Of a stretch of DNA of 64,000 nucleotides, positions 50,065 to 63,447 are shown piece by piece. Within the stretch, counting starts at the first letter, position 1, and every line of letters begins with the position of its first letter. Both the position numbers and the translations under genes were made by a program. Where the stretch lies: the NCBI RefSeq assembly GCF_964204645.1, contig NC_134031.1, positions 2,604,001 through 2,668,000 on the forward strand, given 5' to 3'. A model generated the notes under the pieces. That model searched no databases and was not told the origin of the DNA. It saw nothing but the letters and a program-made list of their open reading frames with translations. Origin of the DNA: Tubulanus polymorphus. Its lineage: Eukaryota > Animalia > Nemertea.

Positions 50065-50192
50065 ACGACTTACGAGTTACGTTTTACGAGTTACGATTTA
50101 CGTTTTACGAGTTACTAATACATTTCCTAGAATACGTTACGACTTACGATTTACGACTTACGTTTTACGACTTACGTTTTACGAATTACACG
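50065..50192. repeat. Degenerate (TTACGA/TTACGT)n microsatellite
   Basis: tacgacttacgagttacgttttacgagttacgatttacg... Confidence 0.85.
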
Positions 50193-50862
50193 TTTTTCAC
50201 TAATTGGCTTCGGATATCCGAAGCGCGGTATTCAAAGAACGGGTTTCAAAATGAAGTCGAATTGTCATTTCAAACAGCATAATAAGAGTAATTTATTGTA
50301 CGTAGTGAATCAATCTCGACTGCAGTGGTCTATTACAGAGCAGAAAATCTGCGCGTTGGCCATCTGCTGTGCGAACCTTCTCAAAATCTATTAAATGTTG
50401 ACAATACATTTCCCACTGTATGCCAGTCAGTGGTGGCCCCTTTGAATTTTGGCGTCCCGTCGACTGTAGTAATATCTACAGACTCCGAATCAAATATCGT
50501 ATGAAAGAAAAGTGAGATTCTCATCCATGAATAGTGGCTTTAAAGTCTTTAATCATGAGAATGGTTTTATTAGCATTTGAAACTATACAGCCCGCCACTG
50601 AAAGAATAGTGATCTCAACCGTCTAGTGCTGCCCCTGTATAACGATAGCGGAAAAACGTGAACTAACATAATACTCGCTTGCCAGACACTTTTTACGGCC
50701 GTATGGACAAACTATTTAGTCTATTTATTGATTAGCTTAATCTCAAGCTTTCCAGAGTGAATCTGTTGGTTTTATCTCTAGTCGAATCCCTGCCGGGGGA
50801 GGATGTATCAGAATTAAACTTTGACCAAACGTCTTCTGATTGCCATTGTATTGCTTTTTTAC

Positions 50863-51000
50863 GTTGGGCAAAACAAACGCCAGTGTTTTTCCGCTACCGG
50901 TCGGCGATGAACAGCAAATATCATGAGGACGGTATCCGGCTAAACCGGAGTAAAAGGTCGGTCGAATCGATTTCATTATTTCCGGATATTGGAAATAACT
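50863..51000 (-). pseudogene. Isolated fragment of a DEAD-box RNA helicase (DDX51/Dbp6-like; Q-motif to Walker A region)
   Basis: PEIMKSIRPTFYSGLAGYRPHDICCSSPTGSGKTLAFVLP resembles the DDX51 GYRPxDxCxxAPTGSGKTLAF segment. An upstream ELFP lies in a different frame. No other helicase motifs were found in the window. Confidence 0.75.
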
Positions 51001-51229
51001 CTGACAAATGAATTAAATTCGGTAGATTTGGGATTCCGTATAGAGTTTTATTGGTTTGATCACATAATACAAACGCATCATCATAATATATAATACTAGT
51101 TGTAAAGAGAGGTTGTTTTGTAACTGAGTGGATAATATGTGAGAAGCATACATTAAATTAATAATAAAAAACGAATAAAATATCACAGTTTATCAAAAGA
51201 AACCATAGTTTGTGTATATAACATATATA

Positions 51230-51340
51230 GATGCCCCACTAATACCGGTACAACCCACACCCACGTATATATACATGCCCCACTAATACCGGTACACCCC
51301 CGTATATGCCCTATTAATACCGGTACACCCCACACCCACG
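51230..51340. repeat. Three imperfect tandem copies of atgcccc.ctaataccggtaca(cccacacccacg)
   Basis: Read directly from the sequence. Confidence 0.8.
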
Positions 51341-51939
51341 CTTAGAATAACCATCATGAATTATCATTCGGAAGGTTCTTCGAAATGATTACACAATCCC
51401 AGTTCATCGTGGATGACAGTAATAGATCATGATGAAAAGCAGCACCCTTATTTGTTTCGTCGACACTCCTCCGCGGCACTGACGTAGGCCCATTAGAAAA
51501 TTAATTAAACGGTCCATAAATGATGTATATACGTAGGTCGTCGTTGCGGAGATGACACTTTTGGGGAAAATGGAAGTTACCATCTATGTCGGCTGTATTA
51601 ACGATGTAATTTTGTAAAAGGTGCAACGACTGATGGTGAAGCAAAACGTCTTAAAATAGAAAGTAAAAGTGATGTATTTTGTATCTGTATATGGAATATT
51701 GCATCAAATAGGCCTACGCGAGGATATATCGCATTTTACTCTCATTTATTTTTACGTAACAAATTTTTACTCTTTTTAAAAGCACGAATGCCATATATAC
51801 ATTATATCAGCAAAACAATACGTGATATATTATAATACATGCTGGGTAAAATACACCAAAGCGACGGAAAAAATCGTTCAAAAATTGAAAAACACTTGAA
51901 TATCGTTCGCGAATGAGTTTGATTATCAGAGTTCAATTT

Positions 51940-53106
51940 TCAGCTCGGCGTCGATTTCGACTTGGTGTTGTTATGGTTGATCCATTTTCGAACACCCTGA
52001 GCCACGGCGCACAGACTGATTATCGCGGCGCCAATTATCGAAAACAAATGCGGAAAATCGTAAATAATTATCAGTTGCCACATGAACGCGAAAACGATTT
52101 CCATACTACGCAAAAGACTGACCGTGCCGGCGTTCTCGGTTTGAAGGGCTTTCGTAAAACAGGTCTGCGCCATCACGGCCGTCACCCCGACACCTATCAA
52201 TTCCAGCCACGTTCGCCATGACTTCGGCAATGTCCAGGCGCCGATGATATAAGTCAGTATTCCCGACTGAATCATACCCCAGACGGAATACGTGAACACT
52301 ACGGTGGAAAAATGTACATGTTTTAATTTCCGAAGTGATATGTGAACGGCTGCCCCGCAGGCGGAAGCCCCCAAAGCGCACCCGCTCGCTATTAGACGTT
52401 CACTTTCTGTGTACTTTGCTGATTTGATATTGGTACGGAATATAAAATGCGGCTGAGCGATGAAAACGATGCCGCATAGCGTGAAAATCGTCGTAACCAC
52501 TTCGAATATACCGCAGGCTTCTTTCAATAAAACGCACGCTAACAGTCCGACGAACACGGGCGAGCTGAAATGGAGAACTGAAGCGTCGCCTAGCGGCATG
52601 TGGTGTATTGCATAGTACATCAGACTCATGGACAGCGTACCGAATATCGCCCGCGCTAACAAAGCCCAGCGATCAGTCGCTTCGCCGATGAACGACTGTT
52701 TCTGATAGGCTACCACCGGGACGATACAAATAGCCTGTACGGTCATACGAAAAAACGTGATCTCCAGCGGGTTGACGTCGTTCACGCGATTCACGAATAA
52801 CGCCTGCACCGAGAAGAACAGCGCCGATAACAACGCCTGAAAGATACCTATACTGCGGTAGAAACATCTCTCTTTACCGCTGTATTCCGCTAGTTCGTGT
52901 TTTTCTTGCGCCTGTTCCGCGCAGGCGCTCTCTTCGTCTTCGTCAGCGTTTTCGTCCGCGTCGAGAAGTTTCGCTGCGGCGTCGTCCTCCGTTTTTACCG
53001 CGTTCAATTTCAAGGATATGTATCGGCTTCCGCTTCCGTTCGTGGTCGGAGAAGATCGTATCAACGAATCGGTCACGTACGTCAGTTTGGTTAAAGCTCC
53101 AGTCAT
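51940..53106 (-). CDS. SLC35G1: Solute carrier family 35 member G (EamA/DMT transporter, SLC35G1/TMEM20-like), single coding exon, 388 aa
   Basis: Uninterrupted ORF. The first true ATG is at 53106; the ORF track starts at an upstream GTG. An acidic N-terminus is followed by about 10 TM segments with two EamA repeats (MPLGDASVLHFSSPVFVGLLACVLLKE; KALQTENAGTVSLLRSMEIVFAF). The paralog assignment within SLC35G is not certain. Confidence 0.88.
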   Translation of the reverse strand: MTGALTKLTYVTDSLIRSSPTTNGSGSRYISLKLNAVKTEDDAAAKLLDADENADEDEESACAEQAQEKHELAEYSGKERCFYRSIGIFQALLSALFFSVQALFVNRVNDVNPLEITFFRMTVQAICIVPVVAYQKQSFIGEATDRWALLARAIFGTLSMSLMYYAIHHMPLGDASVLHFSSPVFVGLLACVLLKEACGIFEVVTTIFTLCGIVFIAQPHFIFRTNIKSAKYTESERLIASGCALGASACGAAVHISLRKLKHVHFSTVVFTYSVWGMIQSGILTYIIGAWTLPKSWRTWLELIGVGVTAVMAQTCFTKALQTENAGTVSLLRSMEIVFAFMWQLIIIYDFPHLFSIIGAAIISLCAVAQGVRKWINHNNTKSKSTPS

Positions 53107-54080
53107 GATTATCACCGGACCATCGGTAGTTTTAGGACACGACGACAGCTAAACTGAAACGATAAACATATGGGGCGAGTTTATAGACCGTTGTTTAATA
53201 TTAGCCCTGCCGGTGTTATAATTTCGATTGGTAATGTATGCTGTGATGAAGATTAAACCATCTTTAATAATACTTGGCGAAGAGTCAACAAATCCGGCCG
53301 ATGGAGTTTATAATATTCATCGCATAGGTCAAGATAGATTTGATCGACAGCGGCGAAATATTCATAAATATGTTACCATTAGTTTAATCCTTCTTTTATA
53401 TCTAATAGTTCAAGTATAAGTTTAAAACCACATATGTACGTCAACAGGTTTGGTGATCGATATTATAGAAATTTGAAACTCTTTCTGGAACGGTCTATAG
53501 ATGAACTCATATCTTGATAGGTGGGATCGAACAGAATGACCCTGCGGTTCGGCGTGTGAACCTTCCATGTCTTTCCTACGGGATGAAGAACTTGTAACGA
53601 CTAAGCTTGACGCCGCCAATACATCAATATTGATAGCGCGGTTTATGTCGCGAAGATGGGGACAAAATCTCCGAGGATTAATAGACGATTGTCGTCGTAA
53701 AATTCGGTCGTCGCATTAATCACTATACGTATAACCAACCGTGCAGCAAACCGTTTAACAGCCGTACAGTCAACAGAACGATGCTCCGTGTAATCAAGTG
53801 ACAATTCATTACTGAAACTGTACGACAGGGACTGCAGCGCACTTCATCAGTGCGTTTGAAGGAAATGGAAAGTAAGAGCCACTTTCGTCGCAGTAGATAT
53901 AGCTAATGTGCGCTGTACAGCCGTTGACTAATTAGTTGTTTTGTGTTATGAATGAATGAATGGACCAGATAGCGCGCGCAGGTTTATTTGAGGGACGAAT
54001 GTAACCTGCGTTGTAAAATCACATCGTATACCATTATAGATAAATATTGGTGGTAGATTTACATCGATGTCCGGAGGCCT

Positions 54081-54187
54081 TCATCCTCCCTCTCGGCAGG
54101 GATTCGAACCTGATGGCATCGCTACATTCAGCCACGACGGCGTTTTCTCGATACCATCAGGTGCGAATTCCTGCCGAGGGAGGATGA
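54081..54187. repeat. Inverted-repeat hairpin with arms of about 40 bp
   Basis: tcatcctccctctcggcagggattcgaacctgatggcatcg / cgataccatcaggtgcgaattcctgccgagggaggatga. Confidence 0.8.
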
Positions 54188-55663
54188 GAGCTCTTTAGAA
54201 TTCGACTACTGTTAACGACAACCGGTCCAAGTTATCGATGACTCAAAAGTCTAAACTGTCACCAGTGAGTCCCACTTTCCGAGAAGTTACAAAAGAAGGC
54301 TTGGAAATATTTGAAGTTCGGTATTTTTGCGAAGTATCGATAAGTTTGAATCATCGACAATTTCGAATCGAATTTTAGCGACGATTCGGTACTACCAAGC
54401 GAGGTTATCAGGTACACCCTGATCGCCAAGTCGGTATAAACAGCCGAAACAATGTCGCACCAAAAACACTAAATACATTTCCAACTTTCAACTCATATGA
54501 GCTCCACGGGTAAAGCTAAAAATCTCATCATGTGGATAAAGTTAGAAGAATTGTTAAATTTACATCATACTTTGTATGAAATAGAAGAAAAATAATAATT
54601 TGCTAATTCGGTTTGCCTTCAGCGGTATTGCGATACATAAATGAATGCAATGTTATCAGTAACTGTGGGGATCATTTCGCGTTCAATTTTAGAAAGGTAA
54701 TTCAATTATTCGAATTAACTCGAATTTATTCCGGACGTCTCCGACACACACACATACGCAACAGCCGTTAATGAGTGATGTATCTAAATCGTTGCTGCGT
54801 CCATCACTTCGTCGAGTATTAACAAATCCTTATCCACCGCAACGAAATTGCGTCAAGAATCCCAACAGAGAAGAGACCATTAACGGGTTATAAAGGAGCC
54901 CCAGCGTGAACCACGATCGAGATAATTACTGTCGAAGTTAATGGCATACATTAATATCATTGTATCTCTGGTTCCTTTGAGAGAAACGACGCGATTCTCA
55001 CGAGAATCGATATGTTGAGGGGGGTCTGTATGTAGGAAAGGGTGATATATCATTATCGAAGTGATTACACCAACTCGTCGTGTTTTCAATGCGCGGGAAG
55101 TCATGAGATGTCGAAAATGAGATGGCGTTATCGGTAACTTTTTACTCACTATCCATCGATCTAGTTCGCAGGTTTGTAGCCAGGGGGAGTTCGTACATTC
55201 GAACGAACGCCATTTTTAGAAAGTGCCCTCCATGATTTCATTGGAATGAATTTTTTATTCAGATTGTGCATGTTCTGGTAAGATGACAAAACGTTTTTTC
55301 CTCGTGAAAACACGTTTTAGATGTTTTTTGTCAAGCCGTGTGCGGGGAGGCAAAACACGAGCAAAAAACGTTTTCAGAAGAACGTGTTTTCTGTTTCGGC
55401 GAAACAGAAAACACGTTCGCCGTGTGCGTTAGGCTAAAGATATTCAGTAGATGCTTCGGGAAAAGGTTTTAAAAACTATTCTGGGGGAGGCCCCCAGGGA
55501 CTGGGCGCCGCAACTGTGGTGCTTGCTTTTCGAAGATACAGAACATGTCAAAAGTCTCCTTTTTCTAATTCAAGAACGCCGCTTTCAAAATCCTGGCTAC
55601 GGGCTTCTGTTCCACAGTGTTTGGTTGAAATTTGATTCCAGGGTTAGAACCCGATATGAATTG

Positions 55664-55864
55664 ATCTTTACGGAAGCGTCCTGGGGACATATCTATTTTA
55701 GAAAATTTTTTAAGGGTTAATTCCGAATTTGTAACTCGGAATAAACTAGGTTTCTCAGTTAAATGTGATTTTGGAGGTTGGAGTTTATTCCGAGTTGCAA
55801 ACTCGGAATTAACCTCGAAAAACTATTTTTAATAGATATATGTCCCCAAGACGCCTCCGTAGAT
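55664..55864. mobile_element. Foldback/MITE with inverted arms of about 85 bp
   Basis: tacggaagcgtcctggggacatatctatt..ttaattccga..aactcggaataaact mirrored by agtttattccgagtt..tcggaattaa..aatagatatatgtccccaagacgcctccgta. Confidence 0.8.
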
Positions 55865-58800
55865 TTTGATGTTAACTCTGGAGAGAAAAATTGTCGAGTG
55901 AGATCCAGACCAGAGTCGTGTTATAAACTAACCCATGACTTGATAAACGAGACTATATATGCGCCACAAGCCGCGTTTACTAAAATAGTAATTAAAATAC
56001 CAGATGACATAACTGTCACCGAAAGATTTTAGGGCAATTTATTATTTGTTTTCGTCCCGTTGGAATAAGTCGTAAACGCGAGAACGCGCGCTATTACGCA
56101 TTCGCTCATTCTCGACTTTTTTCCGAGTGTCGATAAACGTCGTTAATCGTGTATGACTGCTAGTGATATTTTCTGCTAAGGCGAGTAATGAGTCCCGAGT
56201 CGGTGCTAAGCGAATACGTCATGTGCGCAGTCCATATACTGCCAGATCATCAAATTAACCAGATAGAAATTCAAGCTCCGAAAACGTGCGCGTGGGGCTG
56301 CGCTTCGTGCTTATTGGCGCCGAAGAATATATTAATACGTGTTCGCACATTGACTCTGGTGGCGGCAAAACTGCACCGAAATTACAGTAAACGTCATTCC
56401 TAATATCGAAATCCCCTTGCGTATGTTATATGAACGATCGGATCAAGTATTAATTTTGGCACCCGCAACTCGTCGTTTCGGTCTGTAATTTTTCATTTTA
56501 GACGTCGGCAGACGACTGTTTGATTAGATTCTCTGATTTAGATTGATCACTAACAGGACACGTGATCGCACCAGCGTTTCTCGGCTCTTTCGACAAACAT
56601 CGAGATATAGATCTCACCGAATTATTGAGATATAAATCAACCGGTTCGTTATGGATTTGTGTAAGAATGATAAATCAGAAATGAAATTGTTTCATCTCTT
56701 TCTCGATCTGGTGGCGATAATATTTTCACATCCGTGCATCTCATTTTCGATCGAAGGATGATACGCATCTATATAAAGCCCGATGCTTTATTCCCATCTC
56801 ACGGACCAATGTCCAATGTTGACCGTCAAATCATGACAATCATCCGGTACATTAGGTTCTGCGTGAGTAGATGTGCACTACGTCATCAATATTGGCGTTT
56901 CAAAATCACAATCACAATTGTGAATTTTGGCGTTTGTTTTGTAATCAAATAGATTTCATAATTCTTATTTCCCCAATTCATTTTTGATAAATCTTAATAA
57001 TTGTTTTTGAGAGGATGTGCACTACGTCATTAATACATCGGAGCTAGACTGGAAAATGTTTTTATACCGATTTGTAGCTGAGAGCTCGATGAGGAAATTC
57101 CACCCATTTGCCGTAGATTTTTGCCAAATTTATTGCGCATCGCACACTGTCTGGATTTTATGAAATTGTTTACCCCCGGGGACCTCGAGTCTAGGAAAGT
57201 AATGGCTTTCAATTGATTCACAGCTGATTCTGAAATATATCACCAGCTTTGCATTATCACTAAGTGTATATATGTATATTATACGCCTCTGGTATTTCTA
57301 AATTTCTAAAATGGATTATTTCAGATTCCCGCTTGCCGGATTCATTAAGCATTCGGTTTCTTTACCGTAAGTTACATTAGAACATGGTAATTCGAACGAA
57401 TCGATCGCTTTCCTGAACAAGACGGCGGAAGAATACACGATTGCTTAAGGGGTGATTTGTCTTCGAGAGCGTTACGAAGAATCAATACGCACACCGAACC
57501 ATAAGCGCGTAATTGCCCAATGTCTACAGACTCGCTTGCCAGAGGGCACGCCGGGTTTGAAAGACGTAGCCTACGGACTTCCACGCGTAACAAGGGCAAT
57601 CCAGAGAACAATATACGGCAGACCGTATATTTTATCATCATTGTTGTGTATACGATTGTAACAATATTCAGATCGGATGTGAGAATGGCCTTTACAACCC
57701 GCCTATTGTCGATTCGCCGCCTCTACGCCGTGAACCCAAACATATAATGAGCCTGCGTCGCTACGAAGCCAGACAGGAACTTATACAGAAAGCAATCAAA
57801 CCGACAATTCATCTGTCATTGCCACTGATATATGTACGCATTGATCATCCAATCTAACCAATTGCCATAACTATCCAGGACAGATCAGACGAAAATCGAT
57901 CGCAAAATCCGTACAGAGCAAATCAACGTTTAAATTGATTCGGAGCGTCGTGTTTTTGCCTGCGCAAACGTCATATATACACGATGTGTCGGTCGTCGTG
58001 ATCTTTCGTTTTCTGCGGCGAAATCCGCCGCGGAAAAACTACGATCGAAGTGTTAAACCCGAGCCCCAAATACAGCTCGCTTTCATGTCGAATATAAATG
58101 ACGTTCGGCGGAATTGAAATCGGAGAATTGTGACGGCGAGGCAATTAAAATCGGTACCGGATCGCGTGTGGATACGAGTCCGTGTTAAATATCGCTAGGA
58201 CATTAAAATCAGTTAAATAATGAGAACGAAGCTCGGAAAGAGCATTACACGATATATCTGAATTTATGAGAAAGTTCGTATCTTAATGACTGGTGTACAA
58301 GCAAAGATGACTAAAGCTTTTTAGACTCATTCGTTTTATAACACCATATTCTTGCTTGGTAATTACGCATTTTTTAAATTTTTGGACGACGTAAACTTCA
58401 TAACTCTTAAGCTTTTTTGATGAAATTTGATAATTGTTTTTCAGAGTACGTGCACTGCATCATCTTTGTATCGGGGCTAGACTGGTTGCCGGTCAATTAG
58501 TTTTAAAGAAAAAATGTACCGGGGTATATATTTTGTCAGACTCTGTTGTCTTTGATATATTTTTCTCGGATACGTTCTCTAACATCACATTCTTACTTAT
58601 CAAAGCATTAATTGTGGATATATTTTTTGAAAGAAAAAAAAAGTATCAATTGTTACGAATTGATTTCCACTGGGATCTGAAATAGTGACACTTAAGACCA
58701 CCACAAAAAGGCACGCTACGTCGGTAGTTATTCACCCCATAACGGTGTTCGAGTGAACAATTTAAGAGCATTTTTCGATGACTTTGGTTTGCAAAGACAC

Positions 58801-61800
58801 CCATGCTCAAGACGGCTACGGTTTCATCTGCGGCTACACGCTGATAGGAAATAAACGCCAAGAACACTCGCTCGGTTTTGTATCATTCTGCCACGGCCGA
58901 CAATTCGGCAAATCGGACAAAACATACCGCGACGTAGAGCAATTCAATGCTGTAATCAAGTGCAAAATTCCTTTACGCTACGCGGCGCGATAAATCGGGA
59001 AATGTATCCTAGGACAGAAAAAAAGACGCGGAAATTGTAAGCCGCCATAGAAATGAATAAAACATCTATAACTTCATCGTAACTTCATTAAATGAATTAG
59101 ATTTCTCATAGTGATCATTTCGTTCAAATGTCATCGTGGATTCTTCTCGAATTTCCTACTGAAATCCTTTCAGTCAAATTCGATTATATATTCTTGCATC
59201 GAAAGCGTCTCGTATCAGTCGCCGTGTATAGAGAGGCATAATTGAAAAATCGACGTTGAAAATCGTCACGCCGTGATTTCACACGCTGAAGATGCAATTC
59301 AGTTTTAATGAGATAAAAGGAATACAACAGAAGTGGAAAAGCCCGATTCGACGACATGTTCAAAAACCATCGTCGCAGCTCTTTTAGAAAATGCTTCACA
59401 AAAGGTTTGCAAACTACGCCGAGACAGATTATATCGTAACATAGTCGGGCGTTTAGATTCAGTCGATACGTGCGGAACTCGACGCGAAGATTTGTACAAA
59501 ACTGCGAGGTAATAAGCCTGCAAACTTCGTTTTCGAATAAAATGAATACCCAAAACGTTCCCGCAATTGATTATTCACGTCGAAGTACCCGGATTAAACG
59601 ACGGGCAGCCGAGTAATAGAACGCACTTCCGCTTCTGGTTGCTAAACACTAGATAATAAAGGTACTTCCGGAAGTTTGCCGGAGGAGGAATGCTTTAAGA
59701 CGAGGATATGAACTCGATGCGTTCGAGACACATCGGAATCCTGGCGTAAACATCCGCGAATGTTTTTTTACTCATGCAACTAATTACGTCTAGATTAGCC
59801 GTTTAGTGATATCAGGCGTTTATATCAATATTAACGGTCAGTAAGATAAAAAAAAAAACATTCGGTTTCACTTAATTCGCGTATAGTCGAGTAACTCCGA
59901 TAACCGAAGTTCGCCCTTGGGTTAAGTGTGATTTTACCCATTCACCTGAATATATTGAACCTCAAAGTTGCACGTTTATTCACGGACTCTCAAAACGAAG
60001 AGTTTAGAGAAGAATGAAACTAAGAGATTAAGTTTACGAACATTGAAACTTCTTTTTGAGTCCATGTTTTTTAATGGCACGAATATTTTCATTTCCAAAT
60101 GGCAAATCGATATCAAAAATTGTCTGAGCCATGAATTTTGCTCTATTTTCTTTCTCGCTTATTCAAAATATCGATCAAATAACTGATGACGATGTGTACG
60201 GCGTGAATTAGATTAGATTGTTAGAGATTCGGAACGGTGTATAGTTTGATCGACTGATTGGTTGGTGAAACCGGTGACTATCATTTTTCCAAGAGAACAT
60301 ACTTCCCAACACCTCGTGGGAAATCATTGAGCCGCGGCACAGCCGGATAAATAAATAAATATCTCTTTCATCGCAGATGTGACTTCGACGACAGCCACTT
60401 GCACCTGTGCCAATAAGAAATATCCTTAGCTTCCCCGGTCTTTCTGCCGCTGACAGTGACGGATTTGTAAAGAGTGCCCTGTTCAATTCAATTTTGATTT
60501 GATTCAGGGCTGACTGAGTCGCGTGTGGGTAATGGAAGTGATAATCACTTTGAATCAAATCTAATCTGGGAGGGACCATGGTCCATATAGTTGTGGTCCA
60601 TATAGTCGAGACAACGAATCAAAGTAAATTTGTAGAATAGGAAACTAGAAAAAGGTGAATCCAAAAATTTATAGTCTCGTGTAAAGGCAATCCTTTTGGG
60701 AACGTAAAATTCCCTGCAATAAAACGCTTATTGAAAACCATCTTTCATCGGTCTGAAGTTAGTCTTCGTGATTTTTTTTCTAATCAAACGTATACTGATA
60801 CTGCGAAACGATATATCCATCAACCAATCCCACGTGTATATGCAAGATATTTGAGAAATCAGATACAGCCACAGCTTTCACTGTGTAAAGTAATATCGTA
60901 TAACTTCCTAAATCACTGGTGTTATCTAAGCCGAAACGCGATCTGAGACGCGAGCGAATTTCCAATAAAAACAGCCAGAAATATGAAAACGCTAATGAAA
61001 ATATGATCAATTTACACGAAAGGAAATCTCTCAATCCGCGCGATGATGCGTCTCGTTATTTCCATTAAGATTCAAATAGAATACACGGAATAATTTACAA
61101 CCATTTTTTCGGTCTTACGCTCTCGATTCCCCGGCGGGTTTTAGCGCACTCTCGTGACGTCACACACGGATGAGACTCAGGTGCGTACTGTATATTTCCG
61201 CGTCTACCTCTGCGGTGTTGACATTGATACGCGCGTAAAGGCCATGAATTTTGCATGCTCGGCACATTCATCAATCCCACGTGGACCGTCGCGCAGAGCG
61301 AAGCTCGGATATATATACCGAATAATCATATTCCAGGTTGATAGAAAGTTACATTAATATTTGTATTTGTAAATATGATATGCCATGGATTCACGATCGT
61401 GGGTGTGTGATTGATGACAGCTGCAGCTGAACACTGCATCAGTAATACGAAGCCATCCTTACATTTTTTCGCACATCTTCATCAGAAATTCTATCAAAAT
61501 TCAACAAAAGTCACATTTTATAACCCTAACTCCAAACATACGCCACATGCCCCAAACTGTCCCTTTTCTCTCTGATATTGTACGCGAGCGATTGGAATGC
61601 GTTTTAGAGTTCAAAGATAAACCAATTAGAAGTTTATCAATCAATCATATGGATAAGTGGGTGTTATATAGATATAACGGGTTCGTTGTAGCGGAACGGG
61701 GGCTGCGGTGGCGACGGGCGTTGAAGCAGCTAAACTCATTACACTAATACGCGTAGAGTTGGGGGAAAAGCGTCGGTAATTATCAGATGAAATCTATTGG

Positions 61801-62859
61801 GTTTTATGAATAATAGATCGACTAAACTTTGTTCAAGTATTGAAGGACGTCATTTAGACCGAAATGTTCGCAAGGCGTTAAAAAGCAACCGTATCACTTC
61901 ACCCTATGTATATATAGTGTTTGAGTAATTTCAAATATCGAAAATACATATACGCGTTCATATCTAAACCTGCATATCGGTATTACATTGTGTACAAAAA
62001 GGTGGTAAAACCGTGAAGAGAATCACAAGGTCGTTAGTTCACTTGGTCGTTAACTGTGACTTTAAAGGGGCGGATCTAGGAAAAGAAATTATTGGTCCAG
62101 AAAAAAAGAAAGGGGATTTTTCAGGGATTTCTGATTAATTTGATTACATACGAAAATATGCAATTTCCGAAAATTGAGTGTCAAATTTGCGGGTTTTAAC
62201 GAACTTTGACGAAAAGGGCAATGTAGGAATTTATCGGTCCGTAGTGCCTTAATCTGCCCGCAATGCTTTAGTATATATGGTTCAGTCACTGTCTTGCTCG
62301 GTGGAGGCGACGGACCGGCATCGGTGAACTAAAATGATGGACTCTATTTTAGAGTCCACGCGTTGTACACGAGTTAACGATATTCCGTGTTCTGTTGCCT
62401 ACGAATTTTCCGAAAATAAAATAATCAATTTTCTTATCCACATTTTGTCCACACGAAAAAAAGATCATGTTATCCCCGTCGAATTAAGGATTCATCGATA
62501 TTCTATGATTTATCATATCTGAATCTGACTTGCCGAAGTCGGAGAAATATGTTATATGTATCATGATATCCTCTTGCTTACATTTTTTTCTCTCGTGACC
62601 TAGGATATTTCGTTTTTAAGCGCTAAAGGTAGGATCCTCTATTATCTGTATCTGTAAAGATGTGTATCTTGTTTCCACTGGTAATCGTGCACTTTCGACA
62701 TACATCTTTTTTTTAAAGTTGGTGGCGTGTATTATGCGGTTGAATATATTATTTCAGTTTTCGTTTTTTTTTACGAGCGTACATGACGCAAGGAAACAGT
62801 GAAACATATTTTATATTTCATAGGAAAAACAAGCATCGTCCGCAACACCGCACTTCAGC

Positions 62860-63447
62860 TGGCTATCGTCAGCCGGGATGAGTCGTCTGCGACACCGCGG
62901 TTCGGCTGGGCCTCGTCAGCCGGGATGAGTCGTCTGCGATACCGCGGTTCGGCTGGGCCTCGTCAGTCGGGATGAGTCGTCTGCGACACCGCGGTTCGGC
63001 TGGGCCTCGTCACCCGGGTTGGGTAGTCTGAGCCACCGCAGTTTCGGTTGGGTATCGTCAGCCGGGATGAGTCGTCTGCGATACCGCGGTTCGGCTGGGC
63101 CTCGTCAGTCGGGATGAGTCATCTGCGACACCGCGGTTCGGCTGGGCCTCGTCAGCCGGGATGAGTCGTCTGCGATACCGCGGTTCGGCTGGGCCTCGTC
63201 AGTCGGGATGAGTCGTCTGCGACACCGCGGTTCGGCTGGGCCTCGTCACCCGGGTTGGGTAGTCTGAGCCACCGCAGGTTCGGTTGGGTATCGTCAGCCG
63301 GGATGAGTCGTCTGCGACACCGCGGTTCGGCTGGGCCTCGTCACCCGGGTTGGGTAGTCTGAGCCACCGCAGGTTCGGTTGGGTATCGTCAGCCGGGATG
63401 AGTCGTCTGCGACTCTGCGGCTCGGCTGGGCCTCGTCAGCCAGGATG
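62860..63447. repeat. GC-rich 47/48-bp minisatellite, about 12 copies, two unit types
   Basis: Unit A is cgtcagccgggatgagtcgtctgcgacaccgcggttcggctgggcct. Unit B is cgtcacccgggttgggtagtctgagccaccgcaggttcggttgggtat. Confidence 0.95.

Noticed and set aside
50340-50600. Possible CR1/L2 LINE remnant (IVSNANKTILMIK..DFEKV on the minus strand)
   Set aside because: Too degenerate to support without a profile search.
62860-63447. CRISPR-like or coding repeat
   Set aside because: No unique spacers, and the unit length (47/48) is not consistently a multiple of 3.
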